From contig CM119372.1 of NCBI GenBank assembly GCA_051294905.1, positions 32,552,001-32,616,000 on the forward strand: a stretch of 64,000 bases of DNA. The letters run 5' to 3'. The notes below the pieces were generated by a model. It ran no database searches and was not told the origin of the DNA. It saw only the letters and a program-made list of their open reading frames with translations. The stretch is from Botryllus schlosseri. Its lineage: Eukaryota. This document shows positions 13,170-25,471 of the stretch, piece after piece (the stretch's first letter is position 1; each line of letters starts with the position of its first letter). Both the position numbers and the translations under genes were made by a program.

Positions 13170-16100
13170 TAGGAAGTAAAGGAGCGCAAAAGCTACTGAA
13201 GATTTAGAGGGCCCTTCCCCCAAGGAAAGCTCTAATAGGGAGACTGGAGTTAATGACAATATGTCAGTTGTGATAACAGGTGTAAAAAAGCCAATTCGGG
13301 AATATAATCCTATCTGCGTCAACAAAAACTTGCTACGTGTTATCGAAGGTCGATATCGCGATATTCGTGTCCTGCCATCTGGGGACTTGTAGGTTGAATG
13401 TGCTAACAATAGTCAACTATCCAAATTATTGGCATGTGATAATCTGGGAGAGCTAGACAAACCGATAGAAATACGCGCAGAGATTTTAAAAGCCAGAACT
13501 CCAGAAGTGCGTGGAGTGATTATAGCAATGTCCCACTCGACATGTCCGATGCCGAGATAAAAGATACCCTATGTAGTCAGCAGGTTACCTTCGTGAAACC
13601 TCTGAGCTATCGCGCTAAGGAAGGAATAGTACCTAGTTGTTCGGTTTTGCTGTGTTTCTCCTCGACCATCTTATACCTGCAGTTGTTAACATCGGGTTTT
13701 TGCGTTTTCGAACGATGGTTTACAATCCACCTCCGACCCGTTGTTTTAATTGCAACCGCTACGGACACAGGTCTAAGCACTGTCGAAGTCGTCAGCGATG
13801 CTCGAAATGCGGCATCAATCACAGTAACAAAGAGTGCAAAAACCTTCCATATTGCGTGAACTGTGGCGCTGCGCATTCAGCCGCCTATGCAGGTTGTACT
13901 CGATTCCGACAAAAGGCAAAGATAAATTCTATAATGGTGAATGAGAACGTTAACTATTGGGAAGCAAGACAGCTTTATCTTCAAAGACAAGCTCCACCTA
14001 ATTGGCAGTCGGAAACCGATTTTCCTTCACTAACATCGAGTCATGGAAACGTCACGAGATATTCACTAAAACCTCTAACAGTGCCTCACAACCAGAGTTC
14101 GACAACGGCAGCAAGCATTCCTTCTAATTCCTCATTCCAAGATCGGCCTAATACAGTGGATCCGCAAGAATTTGTTACAATCCCAACCACGACATTATTC
14201 ATCTTCATAGCTGAAGTCATGAAAAATACACTTTTAGCTTTCTCGGAGGGAAAGCAGCCACAAATTGAGGAAATCATGGCGAAGTCAGCCGGCGACCAAC
14301 TGGGAATCCAGATACCGGTCATTGAAAATATCACAAACTTTAGTAAGCCATGTGGGGACGAAGGAACCCCCTCACGCATGAACGAGAAGACTCCAACCGT
14401 TGCTACAAGCGCCACGCCAAGTGCGAGTTCCGATACACCAGAATACCAACCGTTCGTTCCAACGCCCATGGGAGGTGTCGATCTAACAACTCCTCATACT
14501 ACTTTGAAGCAGCATAGTACGCCATATCCATCGAATCCTTCACCCTAATGCAATGGAATTGTCGAGGAATCTACCGTAAAATTCATGAGTTGAAATATTT
14601 CCTGCAGAGTACCTACCCAAACCCTGATGTCATTGCCCTCCAAGAGACCCACCTTGTCGCCAAATATACACCTAAGATACCGAATTATGTACTAGTTAGG
14701 AATGATCGTGACATACACGGCGGCGGTGTGTGCCTATTCATTAAAGCGGGGATATCTTTCACAGAGACAATAATTGCGGATATCGAACCGATCGAACTCC
14801 AAATAGTCCACCTTGAAGGTATTACAATCGTCAACGCATATGTCCCTCCGAACAAGTCCATACCCGGATCGGTTTTTCGCAAGTCGTTGGCGAAATTCGA
14901 CTCTCATGTGCTTATCGTTGGCGACCTCAACGCGCATCATCCGATGTCGGGAAGCAATCACCCGAACGCTTATGGTAGGCACATTTTATCTGTGATGGAG
15001 GACCTTGAACTAGTGATGATCAACACTGCCATCCCCACTCGTATCAGCTTATCTTCAACCAGTCTCGGCGCAACATCGTTACTTGATCTTACAATTGCGT
15101 CAAAGGATATTGCGCACAGAGTGCAAACAACAATCACGGACGAACTGTTTGGCAGTGATCACTATGTCATATTGAACAGCCTCGACATGGAAGTCAATAT
15201 CCAAGATCAACATCACCCATCGTGGTCACTCCGTCGGGCCAAGTGGCCAGATTTCAAAAACATTTGCCATCAGCAACTCTCTAACCTCAGTAACGACGCC
15301 GGTCAATTGACGATGGAAGATATAACTAGCGTCATATTCCAAGCCGCTAAGCATACCATTCCGCTTACAAAGGAAGTTAGAAAAAGTAGTGTGCCTAGGT
15401 GGAATTATAGCTGTACGCGAGCTGTCCGGTTGAAGCGGGCCTCTTATCAAAAATTGAAGCGATCCTTTAGCGTTGATAATGTTATCAAGTTCAAGCAACA
15501 GCGAGCGCGTACGAGAAAAACGCTACTCGATGCAAAACGATCTTACTGGGAGTCTTTTTGTAACCCTCGGCATTTCGCGTCAACCAGCAGTGATGAAAAT
15601 ATAGACGCAATACACCGCCAACGCCGCTCCGATTTCTGCAGCGACACCATTCCCGCAGTCCTGACCGAAATTCCGAGCGATGACATTATGAACCTACCTT
15701 TCACCCGCTCAGAATTGTCTGATGTTTTGCGACTTGAGAAGAATACTGCGCCGGGTATTGATGAAATTTGCTCCGCAATGCTTCGAAACCTCAGTGAATA
15801 TAGCCTCCAAAAACTTTTGGATTCTATCAATAATTTGTGGGTTTCGGGCCAGTGCCCAGCATCTTGGCGGCATTCAATTATTGTGCCTATTCTAAAAGGT
15901 AGCAAACCCGCGAATAATACCTCTTCTTATAGACCAATTTCTCTGACGAGCAACATCTGTAAGACAATGGAAAGGTTAATTAATAACAGACTAACTTGGT
16001 GGCTTGAGGGGAATAGAATATTGCACCCACGTCAATGCGGCTTTCGACGCAAACGGTCTACTCGAGATTGCATAATGTCACTACACGACGATATCTATAA

Positions 16101-16690
16101 ATCATTATTCAATAAAAGATTCGTTTTAGCGGTGTTCCTGGACTTTGAAAAGGCCTACGACATGATTTGGAGAGACGGCCTCGTACTTAAACTGCGGAAA
16201 ATTGGCCTCACAGGAAACATACTGCGGTGGGTGCATTCATTCATTAACAACAGAACTTTTCAGGTTCGTCTCAGTAACACCTTATCAGACACGTTTGCGC
16301 TCGATAATGGTATTCCACAAGGAAGTGTATTGTCTCCGACTTTGTTTGCAATCATGATCAATGACCTCCCTCATGACCTTTCGACTAACATCAATGTATT
16401 TGCAGATGACGTACGCATTTGGGATATCGGACTAAATGCTTGTGATATAGCCTCAAACGTGCAAGCCTCGCTCAACTCCATTCAGGAGTGGTGCCCCCAT
16501 TGGGGATTCAAAATTAACGCTAAAAAGTCGGCCGGTGTGATGTTCACGAGAACGCGCAAGTACCCTAATATCAATTTACTTATTGGACAGGTCGAATTAG
16601 GGATGACATTTGATGCAAAACTCAACTATGGTCCGCATTCGCGTACGGTAGTCGCAAAGTGCTCCAGACGGCTCAATGTATTAAGGGCAG
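13170..16690 (+). mobile_element. Non-LTR retrotransposon (I-group LINE), 3'-truncated; 5' boundary approximate
   Basis: Gag-like ORF1 with zinc knuckles followed by APE-endonuclease/RT ORF2. Ends abruptly after RLNVLRA at an unrelated repeat. Confidence 0.9.
13260..14548 (+). pseudogene. LINE ORF1 (gag-like nucleic-acid-binding protein), disrupted
   Basis: LPSGDL*VEC (stop at 13389-13391), RGVI, frameshifts near 13525 and 13670. Knuckles RCFNCNRYGHRSKHC, RCSKCGINHSNKEC, CVNCGAAHSAAYAGC in ORF 13637-14548. Confidence 0.85.
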
Positions 16691-16698
16691 GGCCGTAA
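14548..16698 (+). CDS. LINE ORF2: APE endonuclease + reverse transcriptase (C-terminally truncated)
   Basis: QWNCRG, LQETHL, GDLNAHH, LDL, GSDH (APE). APGID, YRPISLTS, QCGFR, LDFEKAYD, GIPQGSVLSP, FADD (RT). The last codons come from the flanking repeat. Confidence 0.92.
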   Translation: MQWNCRGIYRKIHELKYFLQSTYPNPDVIALQETHLVAKYTPKIPNYVLVRNDRDIHGGGVCLFIKAGISFTETIIADIEPIELQIVHLEGITIVNAYVPPNKSIPGSVFRKSLAKFDSHVLIVGDLNAHHPMSGSNHPNAYGRHILSVMEDLELVMINTAIPTRISLSSTSLGATSLLDLTIASKDIAHRVQTTITDELFGSDHYVILNSLDMEVNIQDQHHPSWSLRRAKWPDFKNICHQQLSNLSNDAGQLTMEDITSVIFQAAKHTIPLTKEVRKSSVPRWNYSCTRAVRLKRASYQKLKRSFSVDNVIKFKQQRARTRKTLLDAKRSYWESFCNPRHFASTSSDENIDAIHRQRRSDFCSDTIPAVLTEIPSDDIMNLPFTRSELSDVLRLEKNTAPGIDEICSAMLRNLSEYSLQKLLDSINNLWVSGQCPASWRHSIIVPILKGSKPANNTSSYRPISLTSNICKTMERLINNRLTWWLEGNRILHPRQCGFRRKRSTRDCIMSLHDDIYKSLFNKRFVLAVFLDFEKAYDMIWRDGLVLKLRKIGLTGNILRWVHSFINNRTFQVRLSNTLSDTFALDNGIPQGSVLSPTLFAIMINDLPHDLSTNINVFADDVRIWDIGLNACDIASNVQASLNSIQEWCPHWGFKINAKKSAGVMFTRTRKYPNINLLIGQVELGMTFDAKLNYGPHSRTVVAKCSRRLNVLRAGP

Positions 16699-17640
16699 CA
16701 GCACTTCGCCAGCCCCCCCCCCCCAAAACGTTGGTCCTGGGCCACCCATAGGGTGATAAACCGAACTTCTGGGGGGCTTCGCCCCCCACACCCCCCTTAG
16801 GCTGTACGCTATTTACCGCTGCTTATCTTCTATCTTGAGTGTCCGTTTAGTAAGTCAGCTTTTATCCTCTAAACGCGCGAAGCGCGAAAAATTTCTATAA
16901 TTCATCACTTTATCGGGCAATATGATCGGGAATTGCATATATATTGCTATCAATTTTTATCCTTTCTCTGCTCACGTAATCAGATTTACCGGTAGAGCTG
17001 AGTGAGGTGTGTTTAAAAGGGTAGGGCCCCTCAATAATAAATAAACATCTCCGGGTGTATTGTATACCCGTTGGCAGGAACGAAACAGCACTTCGTCAGG
17101 CCCCAAAAAACTGGAGTCTTGGGCTCTCATAGGGTGACAAACCGACCCGCCATCACGTCGTTTACTTTTGCCACAAAATTATAGATGTACTGCTAATAGT
17201 AAGCCAGCGCGAAGCGCGAAAATTTTCGATAATTCATAATAAAATCAGTCAATAAGATCGGGACTTGCATATATATTGCTATCAATTTCTTGTCCTCTAT
17301 GCTCACTGCTCAGTTGCTCACGTAATCAGATTAACCGGTAAAGCTGAGTCAGGTGTTGTCTTGGAAAATGTAGAGCCCGTAAATAATAATTGAACATCTT
17401 CGGACGGGTGGACCCGTTGGTATGACTTCGTTACATGATGTTATTTCGTGATCTCCTGTCTGCTGTATCAAAAACATACAATCGCCCAAACGTAGGCTAC
17501 TAAACTAAAAGATCACCCGATTTCAAATTGGTATTTCTTCACTGGTATATAATTTTTCCCTGTGGGGTGGTATTTGTCTTGTGAGGTTCAGATTGCCAAG
17601 ACAGGAACATTTAGACGCCAGTCATTTAGGCGCCTATATA
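16688..17640 (+). mobile_element. DNA-transposon-derived segment with an internal ~350-390-bp tandem duplication
   Basis: AACAGCACTTCG(C/T)CAG module at 16697 and 17084. Same sequence recurs at ~61550-62125 inside element 61317-62511. Confidence 0.65.
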
Positions 17641-17650
17641 GACTAATAAA

Positions 17651-18643
17651 TAGGGATGGTGTGAACGTGAGGTTCACGTTCGCGTTCTGTGTGTGAACCT
17701 CAGAAATTTAGAGGTTCACGTTCACAAATGAACCTTGGTAAGTTCTGCTTTGTGAACCTTTTTCATATATTAGAATTTTCACTTCATTATAACATCTTTG
17801 GTTGAAATTTATTGCATTTCAACTGCGAGCCACTCTATGCATGGCGCTGGCAGCCTAAAAAATATCAACGCTAAACGAGCACGCACCTTGACAATCTCAA
17901 AAATGTTACTTGCTTCGTTACAAAAGTTTGCTCGGAATATCCACCTTTCCGTTAGTGAATATTTGGTGACTCTCTGCTGCGAGCTTGACCCGCAATCACA
18001 CAACCTCAAGAACGAAATACACTACATGCTGGTAGTCAGCAAATAATGGTCATTCAATCAATCAATGAAATTGATATCGTTGTCAGATGTAAAAAATCTA
18101 GCAGGCGTACAGGTCAATCTTGATTCCATATGTTTATTGTATAATTAAAACCAAATCCGTGCGATTGGAGTGTTGGCTCGGCTACGGTTGCATAACTTGT
18201 TAATGGGGTAATTCGCAATATCGGTAGCAAGTATAGAAAACTGTTCTACACTCTGCTGAATATCAACGTACCAATACCCAGACGCCGAATACATTGTCCG
18301 GTCTCGCTTAGACCGTTAAGGCGTAAGCTAATATCCCTTGCAAGTTCTCGTCGAAATTGTTGGCAGAGCAACGAAAGACATTGACTTTACGGGATTATTA
18401 TATCAGTTGATTACCCCAGTGGATGCATTTGACGACGTTTAAACCGTCAATATGTACTTCAGCATTGTGGCATCATGTGGCGCGAGTAGTCGCTAGGTCT
18501 CGTGTACAATAATATGGGCTATCACTTCACTGTAATGTAGGGTTGGAATTAGCAATGACGTTCACGTTCGCGTTCACACAGAACCTTTCAAAAAGTTTCG
18601 CGTTCACACGAACCTTAACCTTTCAGAGGTTCACACCATCCCT
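17651..18643. mobile_element. hAT-type MITE, GTGAAC/GTTCAC family, copy 1
   Basis: TIRs TAGGGATGGTGTGAAC / GTTCACACCATCCCTA; imperfect 8-bp flanks CTAATAAA / CTAATTAT. Confidence 0.85.
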
Positions 18644-19475
18644 ACTAATTATCATTGAGACGAATATATAAGCGGCGTGATAGGATATAACCATGACATT
18701 GCTGCACATATTGATTTGGAGGCGCGCATGCCGCCCGCCGAAAAACATTGTCTCATTTCTGAATTGAACGAGGAAATAGCCTACACGTTCTTCGTTGATA
18801 GATTTTTAATCGTTGCGCTAAATTAGATGGTGTGTTATCGTTTTTGCCTAGGATTTGAAATTCATTCAAGCGCACGAGCGTTTACTCCAGTAAACGATTT
18901 GCGTACGTAAATAGGGAAATACGTCGAAGCAGCCCAGATCGCTATTCTAGTCCGCATAGCCTACGATTGCCGCGATGCGAGCTAGACAATGCGGTGTCCG
19001 AACTCTGCCCTGGTGTTGAATATCATAGCTAATAGTGATTGGATGCGCGCTTTCCAATTTCTGATCATCACTTTTGTGTATGCACTCTTGTCTGCTTGAT
19101 ACACTAGTATTGTATTGTAAGGTTGACTTTAGAATTCTTACTCATGTGTCGAATGTTTATCTAGACTCCTCCTCACCATCACATCCGTGTAAGCGGTGTC
19201 TTATAAAAGCCTAGAAGTGGGCCGTGCTACAAGTTGGCAGCTACGGAATAAAAATGAAGAAAATTGGTGTAATGACCATAGTAGTCGACGAACACCATGA
19301 ATAACTCAAAAACAAACAAACACTAGTATTATTGAATTGCCGCGCAATGTCACTTGCGAGTTTGTGGTATAATTGGCTGACCTGTACAGTGCAAGACGTT
19401 GAATTAGGTTCTCAAGTATTGATGCACTACCAGATAGTCAGTGGCACTAATTTCGAGTTTATTCGATTCGCTCGA

Positions 19476-19979
19476 TAAAATCGAGTACCTGGGTGATTCG
19501 ATTCTGAATCACTCAATTTGCTTCGAGTCGAGTCGAGTAATCGAGTATCACTCATTATGACGTCATAACATAATGTAATATTCAAAGTTCAAATTGTACC
19601 GTTTATGCGACCACAAATAATACAATGCCTGTTATCCATCTCATAAAAGATACTTCGGTATTTTTCCGACCATACCAATTTCAGAGCACTTGGTGACAAT
19701 GTTGTGGGATAATCATGATTCCGGAAATGTGCTACGTCCAGTAACTTTCCTAACCTTCCTAGCTTTGTACTATATGTTTCGTATGCTACGATGCCGCCAA
19801 TCAAGGTTTCAGGTCTTCAACAGTATCGAAACTATAATTCTCGTTGATAAATTAACTTTCGGTGGCGAGAAGCGTATAATTTCAGTACTCGAAAAAATCG
19901 TCTTTTACTACTCGACTCGAATCATTAAAATTAATACTCGATTCAGATTCGAGTACTCGAATCATTGTGCCCAGCCCTA
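19476..19979. mobile_element. hAT-type MITE, TCGAGTA family (left end degenerate)
   Basis: Closely matches 45702-46221 and 60125-60652; right end GTGCCCAGCCCTA. Confidence 0.8.
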
Positions 19980-20064
19980 CTCGCGACATGCGCTCATTTC
20001 TACAGTTACATCTGAACAAAACGCACCATTTCAAAATTAAATTGAACTGTAAGGCTTGATATTA

Positions 20065-20412
20065 ACGAGCGCAGTCTCGGTATTAGAACATAACATCACT
20101 GTTTTAATGCTGTATCATGTGTACGTACAATGTACATGCAATGGCATGGAGTAAATTGCGTTCTCGTGTGGATATGACATCATCGACAGACGACACGAAG
20201 TAATTATTACGTCACAGGACTTTGCATACGCCCACAAAATTATGATTCCTTGCGACATCGACAGCCGAACCATAGTTGCCGGAGCCGGAGCTGGAGCCGG
20301 TGCAGTGGTATCAATGAGCTCCGGAGCTTGGAGCCGGAGCTAATTCATCATAGAACAGAGCTTCGAAGCCGGAGCTGGAGCAGTTTAAAACTATCGACTG
20401 CTCCAAAGCCCT
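20065..20412. mobile_element. GGAGCC-repeat MITE fragment
   Basis: GGAGCCGGAGCTGGAGCC arrays ending CTCCAAAGCCCTG. Similar to 36152-36305 and 62750-63165. Confidence 0.7.
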
Positions 20413-21399
20413 GGTCACGATCTATGTCCTCTTTAAATTTTTAATCGCAATTTAATATTGGCCGCTCCCGATGAGAGTCAGTTGAAAATCTCAGTCATGG
20501 TTTCTTAGTCAAGTTTCTGCATCCTGCAGGGAACGAATCGCCAAATAATGGGGTACGAGATGCACTTCGAAATTATACGTCATTTAGAGCCCAAGCTATT
20601 TCACAAACAAACACAAAGTAGGATATTTTCTGGACAGATCTATTCCATTTAAAAATTTACTTCCCGCTACACGTGATTTAGTGTCAAAATTATTCTTTAT
20701 CCCTAATATGCGGAGCATTGCCCAAATAATAGTAAAAATAAAAATGAAACATAAACATCAACGTAAATATACCTTAATACGTCTTCGGGACTGTGAGAAA
20801 ACAGCAGATAACTAGTGTGGCTTAAGGCCGTCGGGATGCATTGGTCTGGGCTAGTGGTGTGTCGGGCAATTTTATGGCACGTGACTATCTGATCCCGTGG
20901 TGCAAATGTGAACCTCAGAGCAAAAGAATGTCCCTTGTGTTTCGTGCAGTTTGGTCAGGTGCGTGTGAACGATACCAATATCACTTGAAAAGCGACAATA
21001 CTTCTTTAAGTTCACAAAATATCTAGATGTTTCAACAAAGTAATTGATTATAATGTCCCCGACCGAAGCGAACCCACCAGAGACTCATGAATTGTCTTGA
21101 CCGTGCGGCATGAACAATGTCATGCCCTAACTTTTTTAAGTCTTCGCCTTCATCAGCTCTACCAGTAAATCTGAACACTTGGAGATAGAGAAGATGACTT
21201 AATATTATCAATATATTCAAGTAACAATAGTAATGTCAGTAATGACATAATTCATTCACTAACTTTCAAAAATTTGCACCCTTTGAAATAAACCGATACG
21301 TCTTTCGTTCTTGAATTGTTCAATCTCGGAATTGATTTGGTATGGGAAGGGCGTGTTTGTTCGTGTATAATGGCTGGTGCTGACATGGCCCGTATTATC

Positions 21400-22271
21400 C
21401 AGGGATGGTGGGGGACGTGAGGTTCACGTTCGCGTTCTGTGTGTGAACGTCAGGAATTTAGAGGTTCACGTTCACAAACGAAGCTTGGTAGGTTATGCAC
21501 TGTAAACCTTTTTCGCATATTACGATTTCCCTTCATTATAACATCTTTGGTTGAAATTTTATTGAATTTTAACTGCGCGCCACTCTACGCATGGCGCTAG
21601 CAACATAAAAAAAAATCAACACCTAAACGATCATGCACTTTGATATTCTCAAAACTTTTACTTGCTTTGTTACAAAAGCTTGCTCGAAATATCCAGGTTT
21701 CCGGTTATGAATATTTAGTAACTCTTTGCTGTGAGCTTTACCCGCAATCACGCTACATGTAGTCAGCGAATTATGCTGACTCGACCAATCAATGAAATTG
21801 ATATCGTTGTCTGATGTGAAAATCCAGCAGGCGTACGTGGTCAATCTTGACTTCATATGTTTAGCTGTATCACAAAACCAAATCCGCGCGATTGGGGTGT
21901 TTCTATATCTGCTGTATAACTTGTTATTGGGGTACTATCGGTCGCAATTATGGAAAGACGTTTTACACTCTGCTCAATATCAACAGCAATACTCAGAAGA
22001 TATTGATTCCATGGGGTTATTATATCATTTAATTGCCCCAGTCGATACACTTGGCGACGTGTAAAACGTCAATATGTAGGGTACTTCCGCATTGTGGCAT
22101 TATTTGTCGCTAGGTATTGTGTACATTAATATGGGCTATCACTTCACTGAAATATAGGTTCGGAACTAGCAATATGACGTCTCGAGGTTCACGTTCGCGT
22201 TCACACAGAACCTTTCAAAAAGGTTCGCGTTCACACGAACCTGAACCTTTCAGAGGTTCACACCGTCCCTA
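21400..22271. mobile_element. GTGAAC/GTTCAC family MITE, copy 2
   Basis: AGGGATGGTG..ACGTGAGGTTCACG start, GTTCACACCGTCCCTA end; body colinear with 17651-18643. Confidence 0.85.
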
Positions 22272-23330
22272 TATTATACGTTGTTTTGAAATCTCCATAT
22301 TGGCTCAAGACCAGCGTTTGGCAGTGGCCTGACGATGAACTACGAGTAATATTAATAAAAGCCCAAGAGGTGTTAGCGCTAAAAGGGTGAATAGAAACCG
22401 GCTACGGATATATGTGCGAATGTGTATGTATTGTTCGTTGTAAACGTTTACCAAATATGACAACTTGGCGCATTTCTGCAGCATAATGGCTTACTTTCTA
22501 TTGCTTTCCCGTGTGAACTGGTCGAAACGATCGATTAATTAGAGTCGATTAATTAGATCGATAGAGTCAATTCATGTACATTATATATATTCATGACATT
22601 TAGTTGTGAATATACTATTATGGGAATATTGGATATTCAGTGACTTCTGAAATGGGTGAAATAGTCATACCCCGTTCTTCATCTATTCATTTCAAACATT
22701 GTGGTCTTTCGAGTACTACGGTCATATTACACCAAGCTGATACTCCTTAGTATCATTTTCGGTGTATCTATTTGTAGCACGGCTCACTTACGTTCCCGGC
22801 TTTTGTGAGACACCGCTCACAGGAATCGCATGGCTAGGAGGAGCCTAGAAAATAGCGACACATAATATGTAAACTCTAATACTGCAATACCACCACTGGA
22901 GGAAAGAGTCATTACAAACAACTATTAAATCAATATTTATACTGGTTTAGAATGCCATAAATACATTGTAGTATTGAAAGAGTCCTCGAAGGACCCTAAA
23001 TGTCCTCTTTTTGTGAATTTACGTAATAAAATGCGATCACAAACTAAGACTCCGACGCAGCGAAAGCCAGAGTAGGCAAGACAAACAACGAGAAATACGG
23101 CGCGACGGGTATTTCGGGAGTAGAGGTGGAATATACGGCCTTTCCATTACCACAGAAGTTTCGTAATAATCGGGCAATTCAGGAGTCAAGTGAGTGAAAG
23201 TGATGACCTATTTTTTTATTCAACGCAGTACTTTTGGTCGAAAAGTTTCCAAAATCACCAGTTTTCTTTTCCGGTACTACAGCTTTCAGGATTTTTTTGA
23301 AATATGGTAACCCTGTCCAGTAGGCTACAC

Positions 23331-25471
23331 CAGTGGTTCTCAACCTTTTTCACCTCGCGGACCGGTAAAATTTCCGAAAATGTCTGGCGGACCGGTGGAG
23401 TTTCAAAAATTGAAAGGAAGCCAATATGTGAAATATGCAACCGTTTTATGCAATCATATGGTGCTGGAGAGTGACATTTATAGGGTTTTTATCGTAATTA
23501 ATTATCTTTGTGATGGCATCCATGTGATTTTATGGTATTGAGTCTACTGTGTCGAGGTAAAATTGTCCAGATAAACGTGCTACCGCCGAGAGAGAGAGAT
23601 GATATTCTTTTTCGCCTGCACCATCGAGATGCTTTGACGACGGAGTTGCGATACGGCGCCATGAGGTCATCTAGTCTGCGCCCCCGTTTTTTTCTCCTCC
23701 ATGCTATCCGTGATTGCTGAGCGCCTAGCAGGATAGCTGCGGATACCAATTTTCGAGTCTTTGGTATGACCTGGCCGGGAATCGAACCCACGACCTACCG
23801 CTCGAGAAGCCGGACGCATAACCATTACATAACCATTACATTAACCATGTCACAAATACATCTACGAATGGTAGCCTATCAATTGACATGGAAATCGTTT
23901 TCCATTCTTCCCAAAAATGTTTTTACAATTTTATTGCATGCCGGAAGAAGAATTATGAGCTATTACCTCTGTTACCACGTAACTGGCCTGCTGAGATCTC
24001 GTTTAAACTTCAGGCTGAGCTTCATTTCTTAAGATTGGCTCGGCAACGTAGTCTACTCACTACCGCATAGTCGATGTAATGAACCGTCGCATCGAAGAGT
24101 CCAATAACGATCGCCACTAACATATACAGAGGCGTAGAAGTGTATTATACATGGATGCCAAACGCATTTCCACGTAGATCGTGTAATAGCGCCTGTGAGG
24201 ATAGCAATACCTCAATAGTGTTACTGGCAGCCACCTGCAGTTCAAATGTAGTTCCAACAAACCGAGATAATAAACTTCAGCGGCGGGGAAATTTGTTACC
24301 TGATATAATTTGATCATCTTTACTTCTCAATTCTCAAATTTGTCGCCTGCAACAAAACATTGCGCCTTGAGCCTACTTTTTACCTGCAGTGCTGGCACGC
24401 TACCCAACAATCGCAATGTGAATGTCTGTGTCGGTAATTCTAAATCGCAAACGTGAACATCTCTTCCAACTTAGTTCATTTGTCGATGGTGGAAATGTCT
24501 TCCTAGGTGTTGGAGGTTTATATAGGCTCCTACTCGCCTTGCGATCTGCAAAAGCAGTGTCTTACAAAAGGTGGGCCGTGCTATTAGTTGGCATCTCAGG
24601 AATCAAAATAAAGTAATGTCTGTATGATGTAATATTCAATTGATTCAATTTAATAATCAATTGACCATCGATGACGAAGACATGGCATGAATACTACTAC
24701 AAATGTAGAAACAGAATAAGGTCATCAACCTGCGTCATGTCCCTGTTCTGTCTCTGGTTTTGATGGGGGTGACACGTAAAAGCTGAACAGTGAACACCTT
24801 CGGCTACACCTCAATAGCACGGTCCAATTGCCCGAGTTTAGTTATCACCGTCCTAAATGCTACTATATGGTGGGCAAACTAGCGTATATCACACCCATTG
24901 ACAGTGGAGGCCCAGTTTGATTCATGGCAATGGAGTAGCAAGTTACGAAGCGTTGCAGATTTATGAGATTCTCCGCCTCTAAACTTCGCTGTGCTCAGAG
25001 CGCCTTTACTATAAAAAGCCCAGAGAAATACTCAATCCATGACCTAATGGGGGCGCCAGATTGAGATACTGGATTGAGATACCGTAACTATGGTCGTCTC
25101 TGCATATATCTGTTCACTTTATCGGCTTGAACATCGAGTGTCTTGATCGGGTAAATTCAATAGAAAAACCAACAATGAAATACTCAAAATTTGGATTTTT
25201 GTTATACTTCGACATAGTTTACCACATTTGCTCGCGCCACACCTGAGCAGTCCAATTGGCACACTAGTGTGCCGCGGCACACCGGTTGGGAACCACTGCC
25301 CTACCCTAATGTTACCTCACAAAGTTCTGAATCGGTTTAAAATTTGATGTTTTATTTAGTTTATCAATGGACAAGCCTTCAGCATTTCATCTTGAAATTA
25401 GGGTATAAAATTGTAATATACCTGGCGGACCGGCAGGAATGTCGTAGCGGACCGGAGGTTGAGAACCACTG
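23331..25471. mobile_element. Non-autonomous hAT (Buster/Charlie-type) element containing a SINE and other inserts
   Basis: TIRs CAGTGGTTCTCAACC / GGTTGAGAACCACTG; perfect TSD GGCTACAC. Confidence 0.85.
23590..23835 (-). mobile_element. tRNA-derived SINE, copy 1
   Basis: Minus strand has A-box-like TGTAATGG and B box GGTTCGATTCC, followed by a non-tRNA body shared with 51190-51432. Confidence 0.8.

Noticed and set aside
23760..23835. tRNA gene (also 51360-51432)
   Set aside because: A and B boxes are present, but there is no convincing acceptor stem and similarity between copies extends ~170 bp beyond the head, so these are SINEs.
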